64,000 bases of DNA, taken from NCBI RefSeq assembly GCF_009914755.1, contig NC_060942.1; one strand, 5' to 3'. The notes beneath the pieces are model-generated. The model searched no databases. It was given only the letters and a program-made list of their open reading frames with translations, and was not told where the DNA came from. The DNA is from the human T2T-CHM13v2.0 reference genome, Homo sapiens. The position numbers were made by a program, and so were the translations under genes. This document shows positions 28,736 through 42,199 of the stretch, in pieces; position 1 is the stretch's first letter; each line of letters begins with the position of its first letter.

Positions 28736-30491
28736 TCATCCTGGGATGTAAAGACAAATAGCTTATTTTCATTGTTTTTTTATTGTGAAATACTTAAGAT
28801 GGACTGATAACAGAGAATAATAAAATGCACATCTATTTTGAGTGGAGAACAAACACCTGTACTCTCATGTTTATTAAGTCTTAACCCTGTGTCATGTTTG
28901 TTCCAGGTTTTTAAATTAAGACACGAATTTTAATAGCTGTGGTTGAGGCCTTTAAACCACTCTTGTGAATTTGATGCTCATCGTTCCCATATCTAACAAA
29001 CTTCCCACGTTTCCCGCCTTTCTGTTTGATGACCTTTTCAAGTAAGACACCACCTTTACCCCCAAGAGAACTTAAAGGTTCAGGAGGCTCAAAGCTGTAA
29101 GCCTGTTTGCCTTGAAAGGGAAATGTGTGGGATTTCAAGCCCTGGCCCGGACTGAGGAGCGGGTCTGGAGAGGTGGACCCTTCTTCATTCTTGACTCATC
29201 TCCTATATATCAGGACAGGTTCTGGGGAGGTCCATTTCTGGAGATTTTCTAGGCGGTGTCTCAGAGAAGGCAAACGGGAGGCAGGAGGTGGTGGTGCCTG
29301 TGCCACAAGAAGCCGGTGTTGAGAGCAGAATCCCAGCAGGGATGGGGAGGAACTTCGGAATAGGGAAGGGAGGGCTACCAGAGGGCCTTTAGGGCCAGGG
29401 AAGAAGCGTGTCTCTGATGGAGGGGATTCAGGCAGTAGCCCTGGACAGGTTGCCCCTGGGGCTACTGCTGGGCTGGGGTTTGAGATGGAGCCCCACAAGC
29501 CCAGTGGGTAGAGCTTGCTGTGCTAAGTGTGATCATTCACACTTCACTCCTCCCCATTTACACAGTCACACGCAGGGCCACAGTCCCTCCTCCTGCTGGG
29601 GGTTGTGCCCGCCTCCGGCTTTGCTGGGTCTCTGGAATGAGGCTCTGTGGACTCCACCATCTTGCTGGCTTTCTTGTGCACAGATCACCCGCTTTGCCTG
29701 CTGCTCATCTGTTCCACACTCTGAGATCCACTGCTTCATTTCCATCTCTACCACCACTGCTAATGAACCCCAATGTGGGACCCTCCTTCCCCACTTCCCC
29801 CCTGGGCCAGTTCAGCCTCCCCTAACAGAAGCCTTCAACCCCTGCATATGGAGGAAGTGTCTCTGAGTTCTTTAGCCTGACAGCCGCCATCTGCCCTAAG
29901 CTGGCCACGTTCTACTGAGCCTGTTGCCCCTCTTGGGCACCTCACTCTTCTCTGGGAACCCTGGGTTGCCTGCTTTTCCTCCCTTACAGCCCCTGCCGAG
30001 AGCACACTCTTCTTCATCTCAGCCGTGCCGTCCCCACCCCCCTCTCATTGCTGTTATTTGACATGTCATCTGACCTCTCCTGTGTGGGGACACTCTTTGT
30101 TGAGGGCCCCACACAGAAGGCACTCAGGAAGTGACTTTTGGTTGGCAAATGTACAGTTATGGATGGCCTTGGACAAGGCAGAGCAGTCTCGTTGGAGCTT
30201 GGAAAGCTCACCAAGGAGGGTCCGTGCTGACCCTGGAGAAGGTGTGTCCCCCGTGAGTCACCGTGCCGTGGAATATCACACCAGCACTACGCAGCTGGGG
30301 TTAAAATGTTCAGGATGCCTGGAAGGGGAGAAGCCTTTTTCTGAGAGGTCACCTAGGATGGGATGAGGAGTGCAAGCATGGCCTCATGTTCCCTCCAGCC
30401 AGTGGGCACTGTGTGCCTTGGATGTCTCCCACCTGTCAGCCAGGCTCCAACCAGGGAAGCAGAAACTACTCCAATATATAAAGCAGAGGGA

Positions 30492-31560
<1,069 letters not shown>

Positions 31561-31948
31561 CAAGCAGAGGGAATTTAATACAAAGAATTGATTACTCCTA
31601 CCTGAGAAGCTCCACAGCCCAGAAAATGGCAACCTCAGGTAGCTAGTACCAACTCTTGACCTGAGGCTCAAAGAAAGAAGGTGTTGCCAGAGTCCAGGGT
31701 TCCCGGTCATGCATAGAAGCCTGTCTGGTGAGGCTGGAGCCAGGAAGGAGACCCAGGCACTGCTGGTAATGCTGCCTGAGGCATAGAGAGATGGGAGAAA
31801 TGCCCTCTTCCTGTCTCCCATTGGCCAAGCCCAGCCAGAAGCCAGCTGACGTGGGAGCCTGGGAATTGTGGTCCGCAGGGGTCAGCCCCTCTGCAGTATA
31901 GTGGGGATGGGCAAGGAGTGCCTCTGACACCGTTGCCACTTCTCTAGG

Positions 31949-32256
31949 GCTCCACTGACCCTTATGGTAGCCACAGGCCACGCATGGCTCTTGAAATGTG
32001 GCTCATCCAAACTGAGGTGTGCTCTAAGTGGATTTCTAACACGGAATGGAAAGAAGAATGTAAAATATCTCATTAACAACTTTTCATATTGATTACCTGT
32101 TGAAGTGATAATATTTTGATGTATTAGATTAAATATAATATATTATTTCATTTAATTTTACCTGTTTCTTTTAAAAATTTGGCTACTAGAAAATTTAAAA
32201 TTCCGCCTGTGGTTTCTATGTGTGGCTCTCATTTTGTTTCAGTTGGATAGTGCTGC
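31949..32256. mobile_element. MER33-like (hAT-Charlie)
   Basis: atggtagccac...ttgaaatgtggct...aagaatgtaaaatatctcatta...ggctactagaaaatttaaaatt...ttggatagtgctg. Confidence 0.8.
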
Positions 32257-32449
32257 TCTAGGGTACACTTCTACCCAGCCTATGTCAACAACATTGTAAG
32301 AATAACATCCATCCTGGACAAAGGTCATACCCTTGAGCCATGCTCAGGAGGGCATGTCCAGCCAAGGTTTTAGAAAGCCAGGACTGCACTGGCACACACT
32401 CACAGCTCTGACCATGTCATCAAACATACAGAGACTGGGCTTCCCTCTG

Positions 32450-32779
32450 CTTTTTCTTTTTTTTCTTTTTCTTTTTCTTTTTCTTTCTTTTTTTTTTTTT
32501 TTTTTTGAGGCTCACTCTGTCACCCAAGAGCATTGTGCATTGGCACGACCACAGCTCACTGCAACCTTAAATTCCTGGGCTTAAGCAATCCTCCAGCCTC
32601 AGCCTCCCAAGTAGCTAGGACAGCAGGTGCATGCCACCATAGCTGGCTAGTTTTTGCTTTTGTTTTAGTAGGGACAAGGTGTCTCTATGTTGCCCAGGCT
32701 GGTCTCAGACTCCTGGGTTCAAGTGATCTCCTGTCTTGGCCTCCCAAAGTGCTGGATTACAGGTGTGAGCTGCCTGGTC
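32450..32779 (-). mobile_element. AluJ-like
   Basis: acagctcactgcaaccttaaattcctgggcttaagcaatcctcc; CT-rich tail. Confidence 0.88.
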
Positions 32780-33057
32780 CTCCTCTGCTCTTTATGTATC
32801 ATGCAGGGTGTAGGTTAAGGTCAATATTCAACAACTTCAGCTCCGGAGGCTACCTAATGTTTAATACAATAGTAAAAACACTATCATATACCTGGATAGC
32901 ATTTGACAGGAAGGGCTATATGACTGCTACTGCATTGTATCTATACAGTGTTTTTATAGCTCACAAAGGTCTTTCATCCCAGCCTCCCAGCCAGTCACCC
33001 AGCATGGCTCTCCTCATTTTATAGATGACAGAATGAAGCCTGAGAGATCACATGGAT

Positions 33058-33205
33058 TTCTGTGGCTCCCAGACTCCCAATGCATCCCTTGGGGAGCTCG
33101 TCAAAATGCTGATCCTCTGGCCCTGGCCTCACAGAGTCTAATTCAGTGGGTAAAGCCTGGGGCCCAGGGACCTCCATGTTGCAGACTCTGGGGACTCTCG
33201 TGCAG
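33058..33205. mobile_element. MER5-family MITE inside a MIR
   Basis: tggggagctcgtcaaaatgctgatcctctggccc...cagaccacactttggga, with MIR motifs on both sides. Confidence 0.55.
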
Positions 33206-33773
33206 ATGGTTGTCAGACCACACTTTGGGACACAGCAGCCCTCTGAGTTCTCAGGGGATGTGAGTGGCAGGGCTTGTCTGAGCCATGCTTCTAATAGCCA
33301 GGTTGGGCTCTTTCCTGGTGCCAAACCCATCATCTTTTGGAGCTAGGCTTCTAGGAAGACCAATACATACCTGCCTCACTGCCATCTCTGGCCACACCCG
33401 TGATGTAATAGAGGGTTAGTGTGGCTGAAGCCAGGTCAGGCGGTCAAACATGGTGCTGGTTGTACCAAACTCAGAATAAGTTTTGTCATATCTGGCTGAC
33501 TTTGGGATATAGCCAGTCTTTGTCACTGTGCTGGGCTCAGGTGAAGGGAAGTGAGTTTGCCTCCCCCAAGCGGACACCAAAGCTTCATCTTGATGTGGAG
33601 CTTGATGATGCCAAATTGGGTCTGATGGTTGAGAAAGATTTGCATTGAAATGGCCAAATAGGATTCCACAGTCATGCTAATGGGGAAGGCCAGGGCACAA
33701 CTCCTGCAGCCTGGCAGAGTGAGCATGGGCCTGGCTGTCCTGCCGTCACTGATCGCTCCTTTCTGTTCTGCAG

Positions 33774-33845
33774 TGGACAGCGGACTGCAGCGAACCGCTG
33801 GACAGCAGCTGTTCCTTCTCCCGAGGGCGAGCCCCCCCACAGCAG
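33774..33845 (+). CDS. CTIF: CTIF coding exon (exon 3), 72 nt, aa 61-84 WTADCSEPLDSSCSFSRGRAPPQQ
   Basis: Acceptor ctcctttctgttctgcag and donor CAG|GTAGGG. Phase 0-0, continues the frame, CpG-rich relative to the flanks. Confidence 0.95.
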
Positions 33846-36800
33846 GTAGGGAACCAGCTCTGCGCTCTGTCTGGGGGTGTCCTATGTCTTGTCTGCCTGG
33901 GTTCCTGGGCCGGCCCACAGTGGCTCCTGAGGAGTGGTGACATGGAGAGTGCAGAGAGGTGGGAGAGGGGAGGGGGCATCTGTTCCCTGGAAAGCCCTCC
34001 CTAACTCCCTGCCCACAGGGAAGCTCCCACTCCCCCAAACTCATCGATTGATGAGATTTCTTTTTAGTAGCTGCGTTCTATATATTAACACATATCTGGA
34101 AGCAGCCCAGATGTTCACTGAGGGGAATGGAGAGGTGCCTTGGGATCCATCCTTACAGTGGAATATTACACGGCTCTCAAATGACTGCACTGAGGGTTCA
34201 GGTACCGACATTGCAGCCCCACAAACAATGGGACTCGGCATTTTGATGCTGGTGGGTGCTTTGGATATCACTTCTGCTCCAGATCTGCAGAAGGCCTGGG
34301 AGGGGCAGCCTGTGGGGGAGCTGTCAGAGACCTGTCCATCCCCCCAGCCAACCAACAGTCCTGGGACCCCGCCAGAGCCTGCCACCTTTCTCCCTGCTGC
34401 TTGCGGTGAGGTCCTGAGAGGCTTGTGGGTGGGTTGCATGGCTGGGAGGGAAGGGAGGCAGCTGCTGCTCTTTGAGAGCTGCCCTGGTGACCCCCTGGCC
34501 CTCCACCAAACCCTATGGTGGTCCAGCTGTTCTCACTGATACCTCATCCCTGCCTGCAGGAGCCTGTGGGATTAGAGGCTGAAAAAAACATGTGTCCCCA
34601 TCTCGAGTCCAGCCTCCGACTATGCCTGTCTGGAAAGCGGAGGGAGCCCCTGCAGGCTCCTGCGAGGGGCCATGCCTGGTTTCAGAGCCGCTGCAGTCAT
34701 GGGTTGCCCTGGGCCTGCTTGCTCATGTTCAGCTTCAGTCCACTTAATCATGTTCAGCTTCGGTCTCCTGGCAGATTCACCCAACTCCTCTATTCTGTCC
34801 CGAGACAAGCTGGTCAGTGGCCTTGGTTCTAGATCTTTCTTAGGCTGTAGGGCGTGGCTGCCCCATGGTGTGGAGGGACGGCTGCCCAGGATGGTTCTTT
34901 CACGTGACAAAATGTGCTTGTACGTCTTGTTTCTTAAGAAGGAGGCCATAATAAGAGCCCCGGGGGTGGGGGGTGATGGGAGACCTGGAGTCTCGTTTTT
35001 GTTCTGCCGCAAACTTGGTGGCAAACTCTTCCTTCTTGGGTCTCAGCTTCCTCACATAAAACCCAGAAGGAGCCTCGACGGCCTCTGAGGGTCCTTCTAA
35101 CATCTCCGTGCCATTTGCAGATGAGGAAACTGAGTCCCACGGAGGTGCCACTTGTCTGCCCTCCTCCCCATACGGCACTGCTACCTTGCCCAACTGCAGG
35201 AGGTGGCCTTCTAGGGGGTGCCTCTGTCTCTGCTGCCTCCCTGCCTGGGACCCCATGTTATGCTCCCTGACCCCCTAGCTTTTGGTCTAGGCCCTGCTCC
35301 TCAGGGGCACTGTCTCTAGCTCCTGCCAGTTATTCTGGGGTCTCCTAAAAGGAGATTCCCCTCACTCTTCAGCAGCAATGGTGAACTTGGATTTGGGGAC
35401 TCAAGCACCAGAGAGAGGCTTTCAGGAAGTGCTTGAAGCTCTTGGATGGGAAATAAGAGGTTTGTCACTGAGAGCTCTCTGCTGTTTGGTCAGCAGGTGT
35501 CTGGTTCTGGAATGTTCCAATGAAGAGTCCTTTTTCCTCTCCTCTTTACCATCTTTCTGGGGGCTTGTCTGCTGTCTTTCCCCTCTGGTCCCCTTCTCCA
35601 CATCACTCCTGATAGGGTCTCCAGGGGTTCAGGAAGTGTTCTACCCCCTTTCTCCCCTCATCTGCCTCACCTCCCGCACCCAGCTGTCCTCTCGGGTCTG
35701 CCTTCCCCACCTGCAGGAGGTCATGTAGGGGTTCGCCAGATAATATGGGCCCATGGAGCAGGGCTGGGGGCTTGTGGAGTGGGGTTAGGTATGGGCTTGT
35801 CCCTGCTCCAGGCACCCTAACACCGCAAGGAGCAGCTCACCCCAATCTCACCTTCAAGAAGCAGCTGAGCAGTTGACTCGGGGTACGCAGTGTTTGACAA
35901 AACGAAATATAACTCAACTTAAAAGTGAAGTTGTGAAAAGCTCATATTAAATCCTTTCTTGACAGGTGGAACTGAGACGTAGCTTCATTACAGGGGAGGA
36001 GCCCAAGGAGGGTGGAGGACAGGGTCTCTGCATAGAACCCCACCTAATCACCTGACATGCCCAGAGGCAAGGTTTTGTGGGAGGGACCTCCTACAGGCCT
36101 TAGGGGCACTGGCATTCCCATCACCCCTGACCTGCGGTGGCCGACTGATCATCTCAGAGGGAAGAGGGAGAGATGTCTACTTCCGAGAAGTGGAAGAGGG
36201 GCTGGGCCACTGAGGGACACCCCCTGCCACAGACATGTGTGCCTGGTGCCGTGTTGGTCTTGGGTGCAGAGTCTGCGACGCCCATGCCTGGAGAGCCGGC
36301 TGGGACGGAAGGGAAGGCTCAGTCAGAATGCTGGGTTTGCCTGAGTCTGGCGTGGGATGCACCACCTGTGCTGTATGAAATTGCTTACAGCCACGGAAAC
36401 CTCTGAAGGTTGGAGAGGGTCTTTCAGGAGCGATTTCTTAGAGGTTTGTCAACCAGGAGTGTTTGCAGGGACCTGGTGCTGAGCTCCCGGTGGGCTTGAA
36501 GCCAGGGACCTGCCTTCAAGGGCGTCACTGCTAAGTGGGAAGGACAAGACACAGGTGTAAAAAAATGCACCCTGCACGGCATGAGATGGGGCCCAGGGGG
36601 CAGCCTGGAGTTCAGAAACCTGGGCAGGTGCACAGAGGAGGTGAGGGGGAGTTGCACCTCCTGGATGGATGGCCAAGGTTCAGACCTGGGTGCTGCAGGG
36701 GGAGGCAGGAGCATCTGTGGGCCTGAATTTACACGAGGTCTCCTGTGGTTGGCAGCACCTTGGTTCAGTGATGACAGGCTTTATTTTTAGACATCAGAGA

Positions 36801-39800
36801 CTGAATTTATTAGGTACAAACAACAGGGTGGCATAAACAAGAGGAATCTTTATTTTTCTCTTGCCACCAGCCTGGATGGGCGTTTGGGGCTGGTGTGGTA
36901 GCCCAACAGTGTGGGGGCCGGCTCCTTGCTTCTCACTGCTCTACCCTCTCTAGAGTGTTGCCCTTGGCCACGTGGCCCATGGTGGCCCATACCCACGTCC
37001 ATGCATCTGCCCGTGGGGACACCCACCTGGGTTTCCTTCCCAGGAAACTCTGATTTCTGCCCACGAAGCAGCCATCTCCTGTTGCCCCCTACTGGAGGGA
37101 TCAAAGCTGGGCGGCTTCCTTTGAGTGACGGCACCCCAAGGAAAGCCCCATGTAGCTGGCCTGTGGCAGTGTCCTTGTCACCCCTGTCATGCAGGGGCTC
37201 TCTGATGGAGGAGGACCCAGGCAGCTGCCCACTGAAGGGTGCCTTTGCTGAGTGCCACTCTGATGGGATGCTGCTGTTCCCTTCATCCTTCAAGGCTCCC
37301 TTCAGCCTGGCCCACCAGAGGCAAGAGCACAGGACCAGCTCTCGGGGACACCACCCATGAGCACCCCGGCTGGCTCCTTGCTGCACTCACGCGCCCAGGC
37401 AGACACCCTCACACCGACTCATGCTGTTGCCAAGCTGTTCCGCGCACACCTGCCTGTGCCTCAGCCAGCTGGTCAACCCTAAGACGGGAGTCAGGGCGGG
37501 CTCTACTTCCTCAACCACTTCTGGCCTAGGGCCTTGTACTCAGTAGGCACTCAATAGTGATGCCTGAGACTGCACTGAGTTGGCCCAGGCTCAGTCTGTG
37601 CAGTCATTCCCTAGTGGGCCCTTTTCCTCCTGCCACACCAACTTTGATGAGCTTTCTGGGGCCATCAGGATGATGGGAGAACACTGCTAACCCATTTTCA
37701 CCCGTGGGGACAATTAGTTTCAGGGAGAAACTGAGGCTACATGGAGATGCGGTGGCTGGCTGCTCTGGTGCTCCTCTTGACTGCCCACGTTGGCTGCACA
37801 TGTCCAGGAAGGTAGAGTTGGCAGGAAGATGCAGAGGTCCTGCATTCTGCCAAGCAACCTCTGGGTGGTGGGTCACAGACCATGCCCTGCACCAGGGCCC
37901 AGGGCCCAGATGTGGCCCCATTTGCAGATTAGTCATACACTGGGATGATTGATTCATCCCCAGCAGGCTTCCAGCCTCATCCTGTTTGTTATTTTAGCTA
38001 ATGTCAAAAAGAAAACCTTGCTTTTTCTGAACCCTTTCAGAGGCAGAAAGTGGGGGCAACCTAGAAGAGATTGGGTCCCACGAGAGAGGAGGAAGAGAGC
38101 CCAGAGAGTGTAGAGCATAAAAAGGGCTACAGATAGTTCAGAAGAGGCTGACCAGCTGCCGGCAACTGGGATTCAGCTGTATTTGGGATTGCCTGACATC
38201 CTGGCATCCTCTTCCCAAAAGACTCACCCATCACCTAGTCATTTAGTTAGGACGTCAGACGTTTCCAGCTTTTTATTGTAATGGGGGAAATGTATAGGGA
38301 TTGTTGAAATGAGAGACTGCAGCAGCAGTACATTCAGAAAGCTTTTCAAGGTGTTGGCATGGGATTTAGAATTCAGGAAAGAAACCAAATGCATGGGAAA
38401 GGTTGTATGGGGTCAGGAGTGAGCAGCTGTTTTCCATCTGCACAGGTGTGCCAAGAACAGGAAATTAATATGCACCACAACAGCACAGCCTCTGATTAGA
38501 CTTGGGAAGGACTTCCCTTGACGGAAGGACTTGTTGGCCCACCGTGTTGGCTGTTAAGCAAGGTGATGAAATCTTTGCTAGGAACCTGATGAGCACGACT
38601 GCCTATCAGGCAGGTTCACCTGAAGCCCTGGGAAAGATGGGGGTGTGTCACAAATGATGACTTTGAGTTTTGACTGAGGGCCTATGATCCCAACATTCCC
38701 TGGAATAAGTGAAGGGCACTCTCTTGTTTCATCCTGATGCCCTGTAGCAAACAGAAGCATAAAGAGAGTCAAAGAGCCTTGTCCCAAGCTCCAGGAGAAC
38801 CAGATGTTGACCCAGGAGTGACACTGGCTCCAAGCACCTATTCAGAAAAACAACTACACAGACTCCTTAGAGTCTCTCCAGAAATCTCTGTTTGCATTCT
38901 GTAACTCCGTGAAACACCCAACTGGATCCAAATCACTGCCACAGCAGGTCTGGGTCTTCCTAATTTCTCTACTGTTCCCCATCCCCTGATACCTTTGCCA
39001 ACCTTCAGGCCAGCTATATGGGCACCAACATTGACTCCGACCCAGGGGATAACAGATGGTAGGTGGAGGAGACCCTCAAATACACTAATTACCTCTGGCC
39101 CCAGAAAAAGATGGAAGGAGTTTTCTGCAAGTCAACTTGCTACCCTTCAGTAATTATAGGATTTGGTTCTGTGCTAATTTAAAAAATAATTAGTGCAAAT
39201 GATATCTTAGTAAAAGTGCCTACATTTTTTAGCACTTCCTTGGATACGTAAGAAATACCAGGTATATGTTCATAGTGCTGCTCTCTGTTTAGTTCGTATT
39301 TATTGAGTCCCTGCTGTGAGCCCAGCAGATGCGTCTGAGTGGGAGCTTCTGGATCACTGCCAGTTTGTAGGGTAAAAACTAGTTTACACAGAACAAGATG
39401 ACAACATACACGTAAGATCCCCAAAGAGATGTCATCCTGGCCACAAGAACTGTGGTGATTCCAAAGAGTGGTTCAGTTGGTCTCTGTGGGTAGGGAGGTG
39501 TCTTGCAGGACATGAGGCCTGACCTATGCCTTTGGGAATGGGTAGGATGTTTGACTAGATGGAAGGGAAGAGAGAAGAAGATGAAGAGAGAAGACATGAT
39601 GTTAGCAAAGGTTGAGTAGGGCACAGTGTTGGGATGTTAGAGTAATAGTTAGGAGGCAGCACAGCTAGAGGAGGATCATATTGGGTGTTACTCAAGTGGG
39701 GGGCTGAGAATGGTGAATGCAGAGGGGTCTGTGTGTGGGCTCAGATGTTGGAACCTCTGTCCAACCCAGCCCCTGTTGTGTGCCTTGAACTTTTTTCTTG

Positions 39801-39841
39801 TATCTTTCTCTGGTGTTCCATACAGGCAAAGTCTGTTCCCC

Positions 39842-40214
39842 TGTATCAGTCAGGATAGCCTAGATAATGCTGCAGTAACAAACAAGCCCAAATCTCAGTA
39901 ACATTAACATTAAACAACCAACAACCAAACAATCCAAATCTTAGTAACATTAAACAACCAGGGCACAGCTTGGTGGGGCAGTTCCGTTTTAACCAGTTGC
40001 CATGACAGAGAAAAAGGAGCTCTGGAGGATCATGCATTGGCAGTTCAGTGCTCCAGCCTAGATACAACACTTGTCACTTCCACTCTGAGCTTGTTACCCA
40101 GAACGGGTCATGTGGCCTCATCCAACCATAAGCACATTAAGAAGTACAACGCTACTCTGTGCCTGGAATGAGGGGAACCAGAATTATTTGGTGACTGGCT
40201 GGAATGACTGTCAC
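39842..40214. mobile_element. MLT1J/K-like MaLR LTR fragment
   Basis: tgtatcagtcaggatagcctagataatgctgcagtaacaaacaagcccaaatctcagt...gaaccagaattatttggtga. Confidence 0.7.
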
Positions 40215-40318
40215 ATGCCCTATCTCTAGTAGCAGCTTCCCGGAGGCTGGGGCTGAACTTTTCTTTCCCTCTTCTTCTTCACCACCTCAAATCCTTGATG
40301 GAACTCAAGGATTAAACT

Positions 40319-40951
40319 TGTGGGGGCCTAGGGTAGCGCTTAGCTCTCTGAAGATTTGCTGAAAAATCAACTTGTAAAAGGCAGATTAATAAGAGAAAAG
40401 GCATACACATTTATTTAACATGTATACATGGGAGGCTGCAGAATGAAGACCCAAAGATACAGGGAAAATTATCTATTTTTATGGTTAAGTTCAACAAAGT
40501 ATGGACAGTTGTAGAAATGGGATTGGACCAAAAGGGCATGATCTAATGCTAATAGACAAAATGGGGAAACACAGCAAGGCCTGTCTGTCTAGACTCTCCC
40601 TGGCCTGTCTGTGCAGCATTCCTTCCTTCTGAGTTGGGGCAGGACCCTCTCTGGAATGGGGGTGTCATGACCTATAATCAAACAAAGCAGATCAGATAAT
40701 TTATTTATGGCCAGTTTTTAAAAAGAAAGGCAGAGGGAGAATTAGAGCTCTATCTTTAGGTTTCATGGCTGGCTTTGGGAGAAAGAGGCTGTGGTTTCTC
40801 GTGGTGGGGAAGAGGGAGTCTAACTTCTATGGCTAGCTTCAGGGGAGAGTGAGACTGACAGGCAGGAGGGCAGAAAGTCAGAGAAAGACTTTTGCTTCTG
40901 AGGCTGCTGCTGAGGCCTTCATTTTGGGATATTGTTTTCTGAGCCCCAACA
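40319..40951 (-). mobile_element. ERV1-class solo LTR (MER39/MER34 group)
   Basis: TG...CA termini and a 4-bp TSD aact (40315-40318, 40952-40955). The minus strand begins tgttggggctcagaaaacaatatccc. Confidence 0.82.
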
Positions 40952-42199
40952 AACTCCCATGCACTGGAGTTTAAGGCCTCCAGTGAATTCTGAAACATCA
41001 TGGGCTCTCAGATGGCAGGAAGCTCAGAGGTCACCTGATCCAAGTCCCCACCATGTTAGCAAAGGTTGATTTCCAGTAGCAGGGAGCATTTCCAGCAGCA
41101 GGGAGCTCACTGCTTCAGAAGGCATCTCAGCATATTGTTAGGCAGCTCCATTAATAAAAAAGTTCTTTCTTTGATTCAGCCGCAAGCCCCCTTCTCATTG
41201 CTCCAGCTGACGGTTTTTATTTAACTCTTTTGCTTGTGTCTTTTGCCTACTTACTTTCCTCAGCAGCCGAGCACGGCAAGTCTTTTTAAGCTAAATATCC
41301 CCTTTCCTGCATGAGGAATTGCCTTTGCTGTGGTTGGGTCATTCCTTTGTTTATTTATTTGTTCTTTCACCTATTGATCGGCTCCAATCAGCCAGTCATC
41401 ACTGAGGGCTGCTGTACTCCAGGTTGGGCACTGGGCACTGGGATGGTGAGGAACATAGCCATGGTGGCTGTTTGCATGGAGGGTAGAGTGGAGAGAACAG
41501 ATGCTGAAGCTGCAGTGAGAAGATGTCTGGGACATGACACAGTGGTCCTTCGGGCCTGGGTCACATGCCCAGGAGCACTAGAAGTGTGCGCTGTGATTCC
41601 CCTTAACATTCCTCCCAGAAACAAACATGGCACAACCTCTGTGCTCACCAGCGTGTATGTCTGTCTTCCAGAAAATGCCATCTGTCCTTATCCTCAAAGT
41701 GCCTTCTGGCTCCAGCTCACTTGGAGGAACAGGATGCCACACTTACTAAACAATGCTGACAACTAGCTCCTATAGGGAGAACCATCAGCAGCCATGCATT
41801 GGGTGCTTGCTGTATACATTCTGAGCCACATGGCCTGGTCTCTGCACTCAGGGAAGCTGGAATCTGCTTAGGGAAATAAGCTATTCTGGAGGAGATGGCA
41901 GCATGTGAGTATGGGGAGGAGTAGGCTGGTGTCCGCACAGGGCCTTGCATTGTAGCAGGAGAGGTGAGACATACAGGCAAAGTGGGAGCCGCCATGATGT
42001 CGCGGAAGCAGCATTGCACCTGGGTTTAGGAGATGTGCTTTCAGCCTGGGCTGTGCTTCCAACTTACTATTGGATCCAAACTTACTATTGGATCGTGGAT
42101 AAGATACATTATCTCACTGCAGCCTCAGTTTCTGCTCTATAAAATGAGGAGGTGAACTAGATGTAAGGCCATCAAAATGTCTTGTTGAAAATATAGACC

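Noticed and set aside
42060-42094. Short direct repeat aacttactattggatc x2 (similar micro-duplication at about 39888-39960)
   Set aside because: Ordinary slippage duplications inside old repeats.
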